A stretch of DNA of 64,000 nucleotides from Magallana gigas (taxonomy: Eukaryota), in contig NC_088861.1 of the NCBI RefSeq assembly GCF_963853765.1, positions 41,788,001 to 41,852,000 on the forward strand, given 5' to 3'. The position numbers and the translations under genes are program-made. Positions within the stretch are counted from its first letter, which is position 1, and every line of letters begins with the position of its first letter. The notes beneath the pieces were generated by a model. The model was not told the origin of the DNA and ran no database searches. It was given only the letters and a program-made list of their open reading frames with translations. Positions 46,692-58,244 of this stretch are shown one piece after another.

Positions 46692-48423
46692 CAGCCATAC
46701 TGTCCTGTCGAGTTATGTACTGGTAGACACAAATCTTACTGTTTGTGCCTGATCCAACCCAGAGAAGATGCATACTAATATCATAACTCAGGCAACTGGG
46801 TGTGAATATCCCTAATGGTCTAATTAGTAGATGCGACAGGAACTGACCGTTCCTGTCAATCATCTGTACTGTGTTGGTTCTGATATCACACACCAGGATG
46901 TGTGACAGCGCGTCAGTGCAGATTCCACATGCAGATAGTCTTGATCCAGACGGATGCCCTGTGTAGGAGAAACGATGTCTTCCTCCACACTCTGTAACCA
47001 CTACAGCATCAAAGTCAGACACCACGACATCCCCATTGTTGTTCTCTGTTATACAGATAGGATTTCGAAACATTTTCTGTCCTGTGTTGTCTTCTTGTAT
47101 GGTTTGTGTCAGTTGTCCAGTGTAGTTGTATCGAGTTACCTTGCCCCACATTTTACATGTTGAATCATAATCATAATAATTATAGAAAATCATCCCGACC
47201 AGTAGATCCCCAGTGCACGGAGACCAGTACACACACTGTGGTTTCCATGTAGAGTCTGTTCTCTCTATAAATGTGGTGGTTGTTTTCATATCCTTTAACA
47301 ATTTGCTGATGTTATTATCCATGTCAATATAAAGAAGTTCATTTTCACTGTTTACAGTGTGTTTTCCATTACCACTATCAAAATGAAAAGAACGACAGTC
47401 TTTAAGATGATGTAAAGTTTCACCTGCTGTGTTTGTCAAAGTGAGATTGTTCTTGTACTCACTGACCCAGACCTGGTCCGATGTCACATGGGAAATGTGA
47501 TAACAGTGATCCAAATTTGTACCTTTAAGACTAATAGAATAATAAAACTCGGGACTGGACATCAGTTTTAGCAGATGCTCATTACCTACACCTCGTTGTC
47601 TTCTCTCTGTTAGTTTGATTCCACTCAGTGACTCCATCACATCCTCCTTGTTAAATGATTTAGTCATAGCGAGCTGGCTGGTGTGGTGTGGAACACAAGG
47701 GCTATGTTGTATCTGGGGAAGGCATCTTCTCTTCATGAATAGGAGAAATTTTACTGATGTGTTTGATGACTGCTCATAACTGTATTCATAGCTCTGTATG
47801 CTTGTAAGATATGTTTTCATTTTTTCCTTCCGTTTTAAACATCTGTGTTTGAAATCAAAGTTATGTAACACATTGTCAAGACGACGTTTTAGTTTCTGGG
47901 CCTTTTTTAACATCTCTGAGTGGCAGTTGGAGAATTCTGTGTGATAGGTTTTGAAATCATCTTTTGCTCCTGTCAGGAGAAAAGGTCTGTAAAAGAGAGC
48001 CTCACTTCTGATGGTGTGAATGGTTCCTCTGTGTTGTTGTTGCTTTTTTCTATAAGTTTCCTTCAAACCTACTAAAACATGCAGATTCTTTTGCTCACTT
48101 TGTCTGTTAAAGTGAGAAATTCTGAATACCTGGGGTTTATGCTCAGAACAAGAATCGCACACAGGAACTTGACACGGTTCACAGTATTTTCCATAAACCT
48201 TGTTAGGATGCCTCACACAGATCTCGTTTTTCTGGATGTTGTTAAATTCCCCACAGTATAGCTCTACATTATGGTCTATTGTTTTGAGATCCCTCACATG
48301 AATCTCTTTACATTGGAGGCATAGATCACATGGACATGATATACATACATACTTTGTGTCCCCCAGACACTTAGAACACCGACGTATCCTGCACTGGGAG
48401 CTCGAATTGATTTGTCCATGCAT
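46692..48423 (-). CDS. RING-less TRIM-like protein (2 B-boxes, helical region, NHL-like propeller), first coding exon
   Basis: CSKC..YVCISCPCDLCLQC..H; CVRHPNK..YCEPCQVPVCDSC..H; propeller motifs ITENNNGDVVVSD and CGICTDALSHILVCD. G|GTAAG donor at 46691, so the ORF tail beyond it is probably intronic. Confidence 0.85.
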
Positions 48424-48845
48424 GTTCTGATGCTGTTGGCCAACCCATCAACCTGTAGGTCCAAATATCCCAACTGACCTGTTCAAAAATAAATTTCATA
48501 AATGTACATTGTATACTTTCTATTCATTTGACATTTAAAAAGACATGTGAGTAGGACTAATATAATTGTATGTTGTGCACATGAGCAGAGATGTGTGCTT
48601 AATGTACCACTGTATATTTGCAAATGACTGTCAGACCGGTTTGAATACCGGTGCCTGATATTTAAGTTGGTAGAGCACCTTAATAAAGATTTTGGGGCCC
48701 TGGCTCAAATCCTGGTCTGGTTCATCATTATTTCTCCCATCCAGTTACATTTGGAGCTGTGACCAAGCCCCTGGAACTAACAGGTTAACACTTGCCAGAG
48801 GAAGAAGGCGGGTGACCAATAAAGAGGGGAAAAGACCTGCAATTA

Positions 48846-51800
48846 GGCCAAAAAAAAAAATATCTCTGTTTCCTGTCACCTGACCAAAAAAAATAGGGTA
48901 GGTAGGTAGGAAAAACATTTTATTTTTTAAAAACATTTTATTTTTTTAAACTTGAAACATGTGTCATATTAATAGGGGAAACAGTGTCTTCAGGCCTCAG
49001 ATGAAGCTTTAAAATTTTCCATAGGGCCTCTGTGTAATAATGTCCTTTCCCTGCAAGATGCAGCTTTCACAGATGGGAAGAACAGTCTTGAACTTCTGCA
49101 AGAGTTCTTTATTAACTTCCCCCTCTCCACAACAATATGAACAAAGGTTTGCATGGCCAAGACCACTCCTGTAGTAGGATAATTCAACCGGACTTTCACA
49201 TGTGATGGTTGACCTCGCCATTACCGTTTTATATAATGGATTTGAAGGAGGGAGTATCGGTGATCCACAGGTGTATTCTAGCTCACTAAGGTCACATACA
49301 ATTGAATATTGTTGTCTTTCAGTTAATCTGTATTTTGAGTATACTACACGTGGTTTCCTGCATTCTATGCATTCTACAATTGATCTGGCATTCTGTACAG
49401 TACACAGACTTGGTGTTGATTGAGGTTCCTCAATATATCCCAGTACATCAACATTCTTACATGTATTTGTCAGCACAGTCGAGCAATCAACGCCTTCTGC
49501 AGGTTCTTCTGCAGGTACTAGTGGTTTCTTTTTTTTCAAAAGTTTCAGGGTTGGTCTGTCCTTTTCTGTTGTTTCTTTCCCTCTCACCTCTGAGTATGGA
49601 AGATAATGTTCACCTGTGGCATCTAACTGGGGGTCTGGTAGCCATGAAGGTTGAGAATTTCTAGGGGGAATGCAGCAAGATACATTGTCACATTTCTTGA
49701 TTTGGAAAACATACTGTGTAGATTTGCAGTGACGGTCCAACCAATCTTGGTATGACTTGATTTTTCTAGTGTGTGTCTTCTGCAATTTTGTCAGGTCCAT
49801 GTCTGGAAATAGTTCTCTTAGGTGTCGTTTCATTACCTCAATATCTTGGTCACTGAGAGGATCTAAGACCTGAACAGGTTCATCTTTGAGCTTCAATCTG
49901 ATAAATCTATTCTGAATGGTTCTTTTTACTTCCTCAAGAGATTCTGTCCACCCTTGTCTAATTCTAAAGTTGGGGTTTTCTTCATGAAAAGCCCTGACTT
50001 CTGCCATGCTATTCTTGTTTTTCAAAGCATCTTCAATCTTTTTCTCACAGGGTTTTCTTTCTAAAGACACATTTTGTAGTCCTAGATTTAAAATGCTCAT
50101 CACCCTCTCTGCTGGATTTGTATAACTATGGCCTGGTGCACAGCGAGCATGGATTAAAAGGTCCAAGTTAAACTCCTTAAACAAGCAGATGTTTGCTAGT
50201 TTAACAGCTTCCAGAGTGTTTCTTTGATCTACTCCACCGTCTGTGAATTTCAACAGCATTGGCTTAGGATCATTGCCTGAACTAAGCATCATCTTTGAAA
50301 GGAATGCTGCATGACGAAAAGGAGATGCAGTCTGAAAAATGGAATCATTCAGCACAGTAAAAACCTTTCCACGTACAAAAGATTTGTCAACACTTTTTGG
50401 CACTTCGCATTGTAATACAACTGATGGTGTGAGTGAACACCGTGTCATGTCGTGATCAAGGGCAACAAGGGTGCTGGAAGTAGGTACAATTGATTTTTTT
50501 CCCCTTACTCCTGTTGATACTGAAGCACCAGGATCACCAATTGGTACTTTTGCCTTATCATCGCAGCATACCATCATGCATCTTTCAGCTTCCTCTACAG
50601 CAAATGATTTTAGATACTTAAACTGAGCATTGCAGAAATGACTGTCAGGATGAGTTGTGCGTAGTTGTCTTCTTTGAATTTTAAACTGTACATTTAATTT
50701 AAATGATTTAAACGAGATGTAAAGTTCAAAGCCCCATGGCAATATGGATTTCTCGGTGCAAACTGTAGTTTTACAAGACTTGCTGAAGGAACAGGGGTAC
50801 CAGGTGGACAAGTAGATACTGCTCTCTGGATCATGTCTGATATTGAAATGAATTCACTGAGATGTGCATGGCCATGTCTCCTGTCATCAGCAGCTGTAAT
50901 ATTCTCAAGAACTTCTTGAAGCTTTTCAAAAAACACATCAAACTTCGTGTTTGGTCTTCCTGGATTGGTATGCCTTAGATCTGCAATTAAATCTGTATGG
51001 CCTAATGAAATGAGACGTAAACGTTCTTGCATAACCGGATTAGTTGTTTGACTGCCATCAAATGCCAACTCCTTGTATATGTATTCTATAACAGATGGTG
51101 ACAAGGAAGTTATATTATTAATCTTCTCTTTGAATGTTTTTTTCATCTCTCGGGTGTGAAATTCCTGAATTTCTGATCTTGCTGTCTGCAACAACCTGGC
51201 ACCCTGAACTAATATCTGTGACTCTGCACGGTTCTCTAGTGTCCTACAGATTATGAATGAGGATGTTGTTGATCCACCTGGACTGAATTTAAGTATGTCT
51301 ATTGGAACAGACAGCTGAAGACCCTTAAGGAATCGGTATTTCTGCTTTGAGTCAATAAATGGTTCATTAACATGCTCTTTTTCATTAAAAATAAAAAATT
51401 CTCCAACTTCCTTTCCTTTTATGATAGCATCAAGCAGGTGGTATTGCTGCTTAACCAATGATGATGGTGTCCTATGCTCAATAGTTGCATCTTCAGCAAT
51501 TGTTCTTGCAGGATGCATCTCTGCATGAGTTGTCTGCATTTCTTCATTCTTTCTTTTTAGGTAGTTGCTATAGGAATCAAAACAGTCAGCCAGGCCCTGA
51601 ATTTCTTTACTTCCCTTCCTCCATGCTTCAGTAGAAGAAGTTATGGGTCTCAATAGAACACTACAAAAATGATATTCATATTTCAAAAGCATTAACAATT
51701 TGCCACTGCATAAGAAATAATCTTTGGTTCATCAAAAATAAATATTGAAAAGGTGATCGTTTACTATATTTTTTAGTAATAAAAGAGTTGTAGCACAAAT

Positions 51801-53583
51801 TTAAACTGACCTATATAAAGTTTCTGCATGAGATTTAAGACATCCAGCATCAAGAGGCATCTGTTTCATTTTCTTCCTTTTGACCTCATTAAACCCTTGG
51901 TACATGTCAAATGCATCAGGAATTGGAGTTAGATCCTGTCTGTCATGTGCAGCATCGTTGATAGTCAAATGTTGGTTCGTAATGTACCACAGCGCGTTAC
52001 ATAACACCTGAAATAATAACTATGTTATAAGCCTTCATCAAGTTAACTTAAACATTTAACTATCTAAGTTGAACATCTTATCTTCTATTTTCCACTTAAT
52101 ATTTAATATAATAATACATGTCTTTATAAAAAAGAAGGCACAAATTTATCATTATTGATATAAAACTGTACATTGTGGATAGCACATGTATCTTTATATT
52201 AGATTTGGTAAGCAGTATATGTTTGTTAAATATATATATTAATATGACGACATTTAAGATGAAGATACAAGGATGAGAATTAATGAAGACTGAAGGATTA
52301 GAGTGGAGGAAGGCACACAAAACCATATATAAGTGCACAGACTATTAACTAGCAATAGCATAGATGACCAATCCCTTTGCATAGTTTCAAACTTACCAAA
52401 GTAAAAGTCAAATCTGTCAGAGAAATAACAATCTTTAAACTTGCATCAAAATGAATTTAATAAGAATTATCATCTTTAAAATTAATTTCCTTGGAACACA
52501 TACTTGAACTATATAGCTGCCCTCTGTCTGTAGCACTGGTTTAGGGAGATCCAACTTGTGTTGCTTAAAAAAGGTCTCAATCAAGTTGTTGTACAACTCA
52601 TCCTTTCTGGAAAGCCCACCTTTGACCCCTGAGCTAGAAAAAGATCAGTAAAATCTATTTATTTACAACACAAGCATTTAATATAAAAAATTTCACTTGC
52701 ACCTTATTTTAAGCAAACAGCATATATTTCTTCAAAGAAAAAAGTGTCTTAATATTGAGCCATACATGTACAATGTATATTATTAAAAGATCTTTTTAAT
52801 ATGTCAGAATATTTTGACACCTTATTTAATATTTAAAATCATTTGATGTAGAACAATCTCTCTTTAATATGCTAACAAAAATATACCCCACATTTGCTGC
52901 TTGATACCGGTAAATAAAATGTCCGTGAAACTGTATGCATGGTCAAGTACTTTGTTTGTAGTTTGATACATACCTGCTACGTTTCTTGTCGGGAATAGAA
53001 CGGCCACCTGCCATCAGCAATTCAAATGCGTTTACAGCTTTTTTAGTCGCATTTGCAGCATGTTGTTGAAGTTTGTTAAGCTCTGGGTCGTCGGTTGTTT
53101 TGCATATGAATAAAAAGGATCTTAATGAAAAGTTGCGAACGACTTCCCCCACCGATAAGGAACCGTGTATTCTTGTTTGATTTTGTGCAGACACCGTAAA
53201 TTCTGCTTCTTTTGAATTATTCTGACAATCATGGTAAGATTCAAAGAGGTGTGTAAATGTTGTTGAATCCTTTACGCTAGTGATAAATTTCTTGCCATCT
53301 TTGAAATGTATACAAGGTTGGAATTCCAGAGACAGCACACTGGCTGTCTCCGGACACGCCATGTTAACGCAGTCAATGTTTATCGTGCGCTTTATCGACA
53401 AGACAGGTCAGGGTTTATTCTCAAACGTTTAGAAGACCGATTAGCTAAAATTTAAAACCTGTCGGTCAATCTTAATATTTCCGGGGAAAAAAAACTTGGC
53501 GATCGAAAAAAATTTTAGGGTCGGGGGTTAAAATATAGGGTCGGTCGGGCGACAGGAAACAGGAATATTTTTTTTTTTTGGCC
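48846..53583 (-). mobile_element. Zator-like DNA transposon (4738 bp)
   Basis: TTA TSD (48843-48845, 53584-53586); ~40-bp TIRs GGCC(A)nTAT..CTGTTTCCTGTC(A/G)CC(T/C)GACC; DDE transposase inside. Superfamily inferred from the GG termini, 3-bp TWA TSD and DDKAKVPIG/DGG/APGHS..NPAER motifs. Confidence 0.85.
49009..53362 (-). pseudogene. Zator-like transposase, 4 exons (53362-52974, 52633-52504, 52007-51811, 51660-49009), frameshifted by a 14-bp insertion
   Basis: All three GT-AG introns are phase-compatible. Motifs CDDKAKVPIG, LDHD, FTDGG, APGHSYTNPAERVMS and a Cys-rich C-terminus. Deleting 50692-50705 gives 1118 uninterrupted codons by manual count. Confidence 0.85.
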
Positions 53584-54317
53584 TTAAGGGGGAGGAATGT
53601 GACAGTCAGACCAATTCAACTTCCGGCGCCAAGATAGATAGAATGTTCTATCGATAAAATGACAGATTTCCTATGGACCCAGTTCAACCTGAGCGTAGCC
53701 TGGTCATGGTTAAATTATTCTTTCTAGCGCCAAGATAGCTCAGTTGATAGCTGCCCAAGTACCTCACTAGAGATTCAGGGTTCTGGGTTTGAATCTCTGT
53801 CTGGTCAGTCTTTATTTCCCATCCCATTATGCATACACGAATATAGAAATGATGATTAATATTAACGAAACATTTTTGTTCGAAGAAAATATTTTTTTTA
53901 AAAAGCCAAAATTAATCGTTAACATTACAGTATTATCTTTCAAAATACGTCGAATGAAAGTTTTGTACTGATATCTCTATTTGGACAGCTGTTGGAGACG
54001 TCAGTACAATTTAAAAAAAAATAATTTTGGCCTCGTCGTTGCCAGAGACATAAGAAACATTATTTATATCTCTGTCGTTGCCGATACCATCAGATCAATC
54101 ATTGGTCACCATGCGGGATGCACGGTGACGCGTCCTATTTGAAATATTCTAACAAAATGACAACATACTTATTGACATTATATTTTGCATTATTGAAAGT
54201 GATCAAAAACGGCTTCTTGAAAAGACTTACAGAGTTAACATTACCAAAGTGCTGATTTGGAGCCGATCATGACTAAATTTATTTACAATCGGGTTCGGGG
54301 TCCATGGTGAGGACTAA

Positions 54318-55193
54318 TCGCCGGAATGGCGACGGAATAGACGTGGTGACATGTATAAAAAGGTCGATAACTTGTGTTAGGTATAAGCTATCATCATTCG
54401 GTTTTCAGTTTTTTAATCTGTGGATAGAGGGCTATCGAAATATGTAAAAACGTTTTTGATAGGTACATGTTTAATACATAAAACCTTGACCGGAATGAGC
54501 TATGGTCGCAAAAATCAGCTGCCGGAATGACGAAGTCGACTTCAGAAAACACCTAATATCTCAAAAAGTTTTTAATATTTTTTCATTCGGAAACGATTTT
54601 TTTAATCACAACGACCAGGCCTATAAAATGTGATGTACAAATATCTAATAAATTTTGTTAATTTTGAGTGTAAAATTTCCATTCCGGTCAAGGTTTTGAG
54701 CATTTTAATCCAGTTTGATATATAAAACTATATATTATCTGAAAGGTGTATAACTAAGGATGAAAAAAATCTTGACCGAATGGAAATATAATCAATGGTT
54801 TTTATGATACAGGTGATTATTTAGAGATGACTCCACGATTACAGCATTCTTTTTTAACAAAAAATTTCCATTCCGGTCAAGGTTTTGCATACTAAATCTA
54901 AAGATATCGATTTAATTTTTTCACATTTTATAGGCCTGGTCGTTGTGATTAAAAAAATCGTTTCCGAATGAAAAAATATTAAAAACTTTTTGAGATATTA
55001 GGTGTTTTCTGAAGTCGACTTCGTCATTCCGGCAGCTGATTTTTGCGACCATAGCTCATTCCGGTCAAGGTTTTATGTATTAAACATGTACTTATCAAAA
55101 AACCAAAAACTGAATGGTGATAGCTTATACCTAACACAAGTTATCGACCTTTTTATTCATGTCACTACGTCTATTCCGTCGCCATTCCGGCGA
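54318..55193. mobile_element. Foldback element with ~270-315-bp inverted arms
   Basis: TCGCCGGAATGGCGACGGAATAGACG...CTATAAAATGTGA (54318-54633) mirrors 54921-55193. CATTCCGGTCAAGGTTTT recurs internally. TSD is unclear. Confidence 0.88.
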
Positions 55194-55292
55194 ATAGACC
55201 TGCCCGGGGTCCATATATTACGATTACTTTCACTTTTAAGCTTTGGTTTTATGATGCTAGTCCAATAAGAAAAAAATCTCAAGTGTTGTTTG

Positions 55293-57182
55293 ATGGCTTA
55301 TTCAAATGATCAAAATGATTTGACAATTTGTTCAGTTTGTCTCGAAAAATTTAAAACGCCGAGGATTTTGCCCTGTTCGCACATCTTTTGTCACAGTTGC
55401 ATTTCATCGTATATGGTGAGCTCGTGCAAATCCAAAGAGGCACCTGTGGGATTTTCTTGTCCACTTTGTAGAGAGTTTGTCCCAGCACCAGCCGACATAG
55501 GGAAACCTGCAACATGGGCAGAGGGTTTACCCGTGTGTAAAATTCTAGACAAACTATCCCGAAGTAGAGAATCCAACCTGTGTGCTGCGTGCCAGCGAGA
55601 AAATGAAGAAGAAGAGGCCACGGACATCTGCATCACCTGTGAGGAAGCAATTTGTGCAAATTGTGCTAAATATCACAGGCGAAATTTAATAACATGCACT
55701 CATGTTGTTGTCCCGCTGAAGGACCCCAGCGTAGTGTTGCAGAGTGTTATATCATCGGTAAAAAATGGGAGTTGTCCAAAACACCCTGACAAAGAAGTAG
55801 AACTACATTGTGGGGAGCATCGCACGGCTATGTGCACTCTGTGCGCAACCACTGAGCACAGGAAATGCCTTGATGTCCAAACCGTTCAATCTATCACTGA
55901 AAAAACAAAGAAAGGTGGCAGTCTGCAAAAATTGCTAAGAAAGGTGAATAATTATGAGCAGGAACTGTTAATGGTCAAGAAAAAGCAAGAAAACAACCTC
56001 AGTGAAATAGACAGCACATCGGACAGTATACTGGAAGAAACCAAAAAGTTAAGAATGGAAGTTAACGCTCATCTGGATAAGCTTGAAAATGAACACTTAA
56101 ATGAATTGAGTAAAGTTACAAAGGAGAGCAAAGACATGTTAAATAAAAACATTGATTCTGTCTCAGACAGGATTCACTTCAGCAGACACTGTATACAGAG
56201 ACTTCAGAACCTGGAGGATGCGAGTGATGCCTGCTTTATAAAGGAATACCACCATGTCGGAGAAAAGTTTGAGGTGCTAAAATTGGAAACTGTGAATTTG
56301 AAAGAACATGAAATAAAGCTCAAGTTAAATATATCAAAAGAATTAAGAAAATTAAAACAAGTGGAAAGGTTTTCCAAACTTGAAGTTTTACATTCACGGA
56401 AACATCTACTGAACAGGAGGGACATTGAGGATGTGTCTTTTTCTCTCATATATGAGATTCAACTTCCTGATGCCAACATTTGTGGTGGAAATTTCATTTC
56501 AGATGAAGTGATTGCTCTAGCAAAATATAATTCAACCAAGAAAGGTCTCTGGCTGGCTGGATTGAAACGTAACACTTGGGATAAAGTTAGGGAGAGTGAT
56601 ACAGATGATACTTATTTTGACGTGCAACATTCAGACAATGAATTATACATTACAAACCAGACAAACAGAAGTGTGATTGTCATGTCAAGCAATGATTTTA
56701 CCACGGTGAGAGAATTCATAATGCAAGATAATTTGGTGCCTTATGGCATATCCATCTGGGAAAATTTTGTTTTTGTTGCTTGTCAGATTGCAATTTTGAA
56801 ATACGACTTACAGGGAGAGTTGGTTTACAGATACCCAGTTGAAAAGTCTTCTCTGTACGTGGCGGTGACTCGTCGCGGCCACATTGTGCACAGTAATGTA
56901 AAAACGGACACTGTGACCTGCATCGATGAGAAGGGGGTGCCCCTGTGGAAGTATGTCAGCCCCAAGCTTAGTGGTCCCTGCAGTGTGGATAGAGACGCGC
57001 TCGATAATCTATACGTGGGTGGATCCAAGAGCAATAACGTCCACATACTGTCCAGCTTTGGCTCTCTGATCCGGGTCTTGGAATGTATCCCCTGCCCTGC
57101 TTTCATGAAAGTCAGTGAAAGAGGAGACATGTGCTGTGTGTGCAGCAGCTGGAAGAACATCAGAGTGTATGAAATCAAATGA
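55293..57182 (+). CDS. TRIM-family E3 ligase, paralog 3, 629 aa
   Basis: CSVCLEKF..LPCSHIFCHSC..CPLC RING, two B-boxes, coiled coil and propeller ending MCCVCSSWKNIRVYEIK; intact. Confidence 0.95.
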   Translation: MAYSNDQNDLTICSVCLEKFKTPRILPCSHIFCHSCISSYMVSSCKSKEAPVGFSCPLCREFVPAPADIGKPATWAEGLPVCKILDKLSRSRESNLCAACQRENEEEEATDICITCEEAICANCAKYHRRNLITCTHVVVPLKDPSVVLQSVISSVKNGSCPKHPDKEVELHCGEHRTAMCTLCATTEHRKCLDVQTVQSITEKTKKGGSLQKLLRKVNNYEQELLMVKKKQENNLSEIDSTSDSILEETKKLRMEVNAHLDKLENEHLNELSKVTKESKDMLNKNIDSVSDRIHFSRHCIQRLQNLEDASDACFIKEYHHVGEKFEVLKLETVNLKEHEIKLKLNISKELRKLKQVERFSKLEVLHSRKHLLNRRDIEDVSFSLIYEIQLPDANICGGNFISDEVIALAKYNSTKKGLWLAGLKRNTWDKVRESDTDDTYFDVQHSDNELYITNQTNRSVIVMSSNDFTTVREFIMQDNLVPYGISIWENFVFVACQIAILKYDLQGELVYRYPVEKSSLYVAVTRRGHIVHSNVKTDTVTCIDEKGVPLWKYVSPKLSGPCSVDRDALDNLYVGGSKSNNVHILSSFGSLIRVLECIPCPAFMKVSERGDMCCVCSSWKNIRVYEIK

Positions 57183-58244
57183 GACACAAAGCATTCTGTG
57201 GGATTATCTGCCCCTTTTACTGCTCCATCTGTCACTCTCTTGTTTGCTGTTTGACTATGTTGACATGGAGTAAGGGGCCTATGCTGTTTTACTCCTCCAC
57301 CCTAAATTCAAGTCTGTAAGATGCTGTTTTTATTAAACTACCAGGTCTGGACAATGAATAAATTGATATATCTATTTGGAATAAACGACTGATAGCTATT
57401 TTTTCCAAACCAAAATGAAGAGTTCAACCAGAGTATAAATTAATGTTGAATACAATATGTATGCCAATGCTGCTTGCATACCATGCCTTTACTTCCTGTT
57501 GTTGTCTAAAGATTTGATTAAAACATTAACGTTTTGATTAAATGTTTGCTTATGTTCAGAGATTAAAAACAATGTACAATGTGAAATAAAAAATAAAATA
57601 CAGTTTATGATGATTTCGTCTGTGTGAATTTAAACTTAATGGATTATTATAACTTACCAGTAAAACTTTCATGGGTTATTTTTTAAAATCCTGTCCTGGG
57701 GAGGGGGAAATGTTCCAAGCCTATACTTGATAATTTTACTCTGCATCGAAGTTTAACCAAATATGAATTTCTGGGTGGGGGGGGGGGGGGGGGGGGGGTC
57801 CAGACCACCCGATTCCCTCTAGATCTGAGCATGTCTTTAAAAATCACTATTTCTTATTAAAAATAAAAAGATACAACTTCCATGGTCCAGATTCGGCAAT
57901 AGAGGCATGCTTACTTTTGATTAACTATCTTACACATGTAATATGTACACTCAGTAAACTGTAAAAAGAAATTGGGCAGTTTGTCACTCAACTTTCTGGC
58001 AGGCACGTCGCATCGTGTTATTTTTTCATTGAGAAGGGGGGGGGGGGGCATCCGGAAAAAAAAACACGAAGCCCCCCCCCCCATCCTGGAGAACCTCGAT
58101 CTTCAATTTCATTTCGTTGTTTTCACTTCAAATCTGTTTGTGCTCCGGAAAGGGGGGGGGGGGCAACTCCACCATAAATAATTTTCAATATGTAAATTTA
58201 TGTTCCTGATTATGCTTAATATTTTTGAGCCAAAAAGTACTATA

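Larger units (their letters stand above)
48623..53832 (+). mobile_element. Miniature non-autonomous LTR element with tRNA-like LTRs (Helenus/TRIMp3-type), split by a DNA transposon
   Basis: LTR1 ~48623-48749 ends GTTACA; then TT and PBS-like TGGAGCTGTGACC; ~110-bp internal region; PPT AAGGGGGAGGAA (53586-53597); LTR2 starts TGTGACAGTCAGACC (53598). Both LTRs carry decayed A-box and B-box motifs. Confidence 0.75.

Noticed and set aside
48660-48725. Possible tRNA gene (also 53735-53805)
   Set aside because: A/B boxes are decayed, no convincing cloverleaf or poly-T terminator, and both copies sit inside LTR-like repeats.
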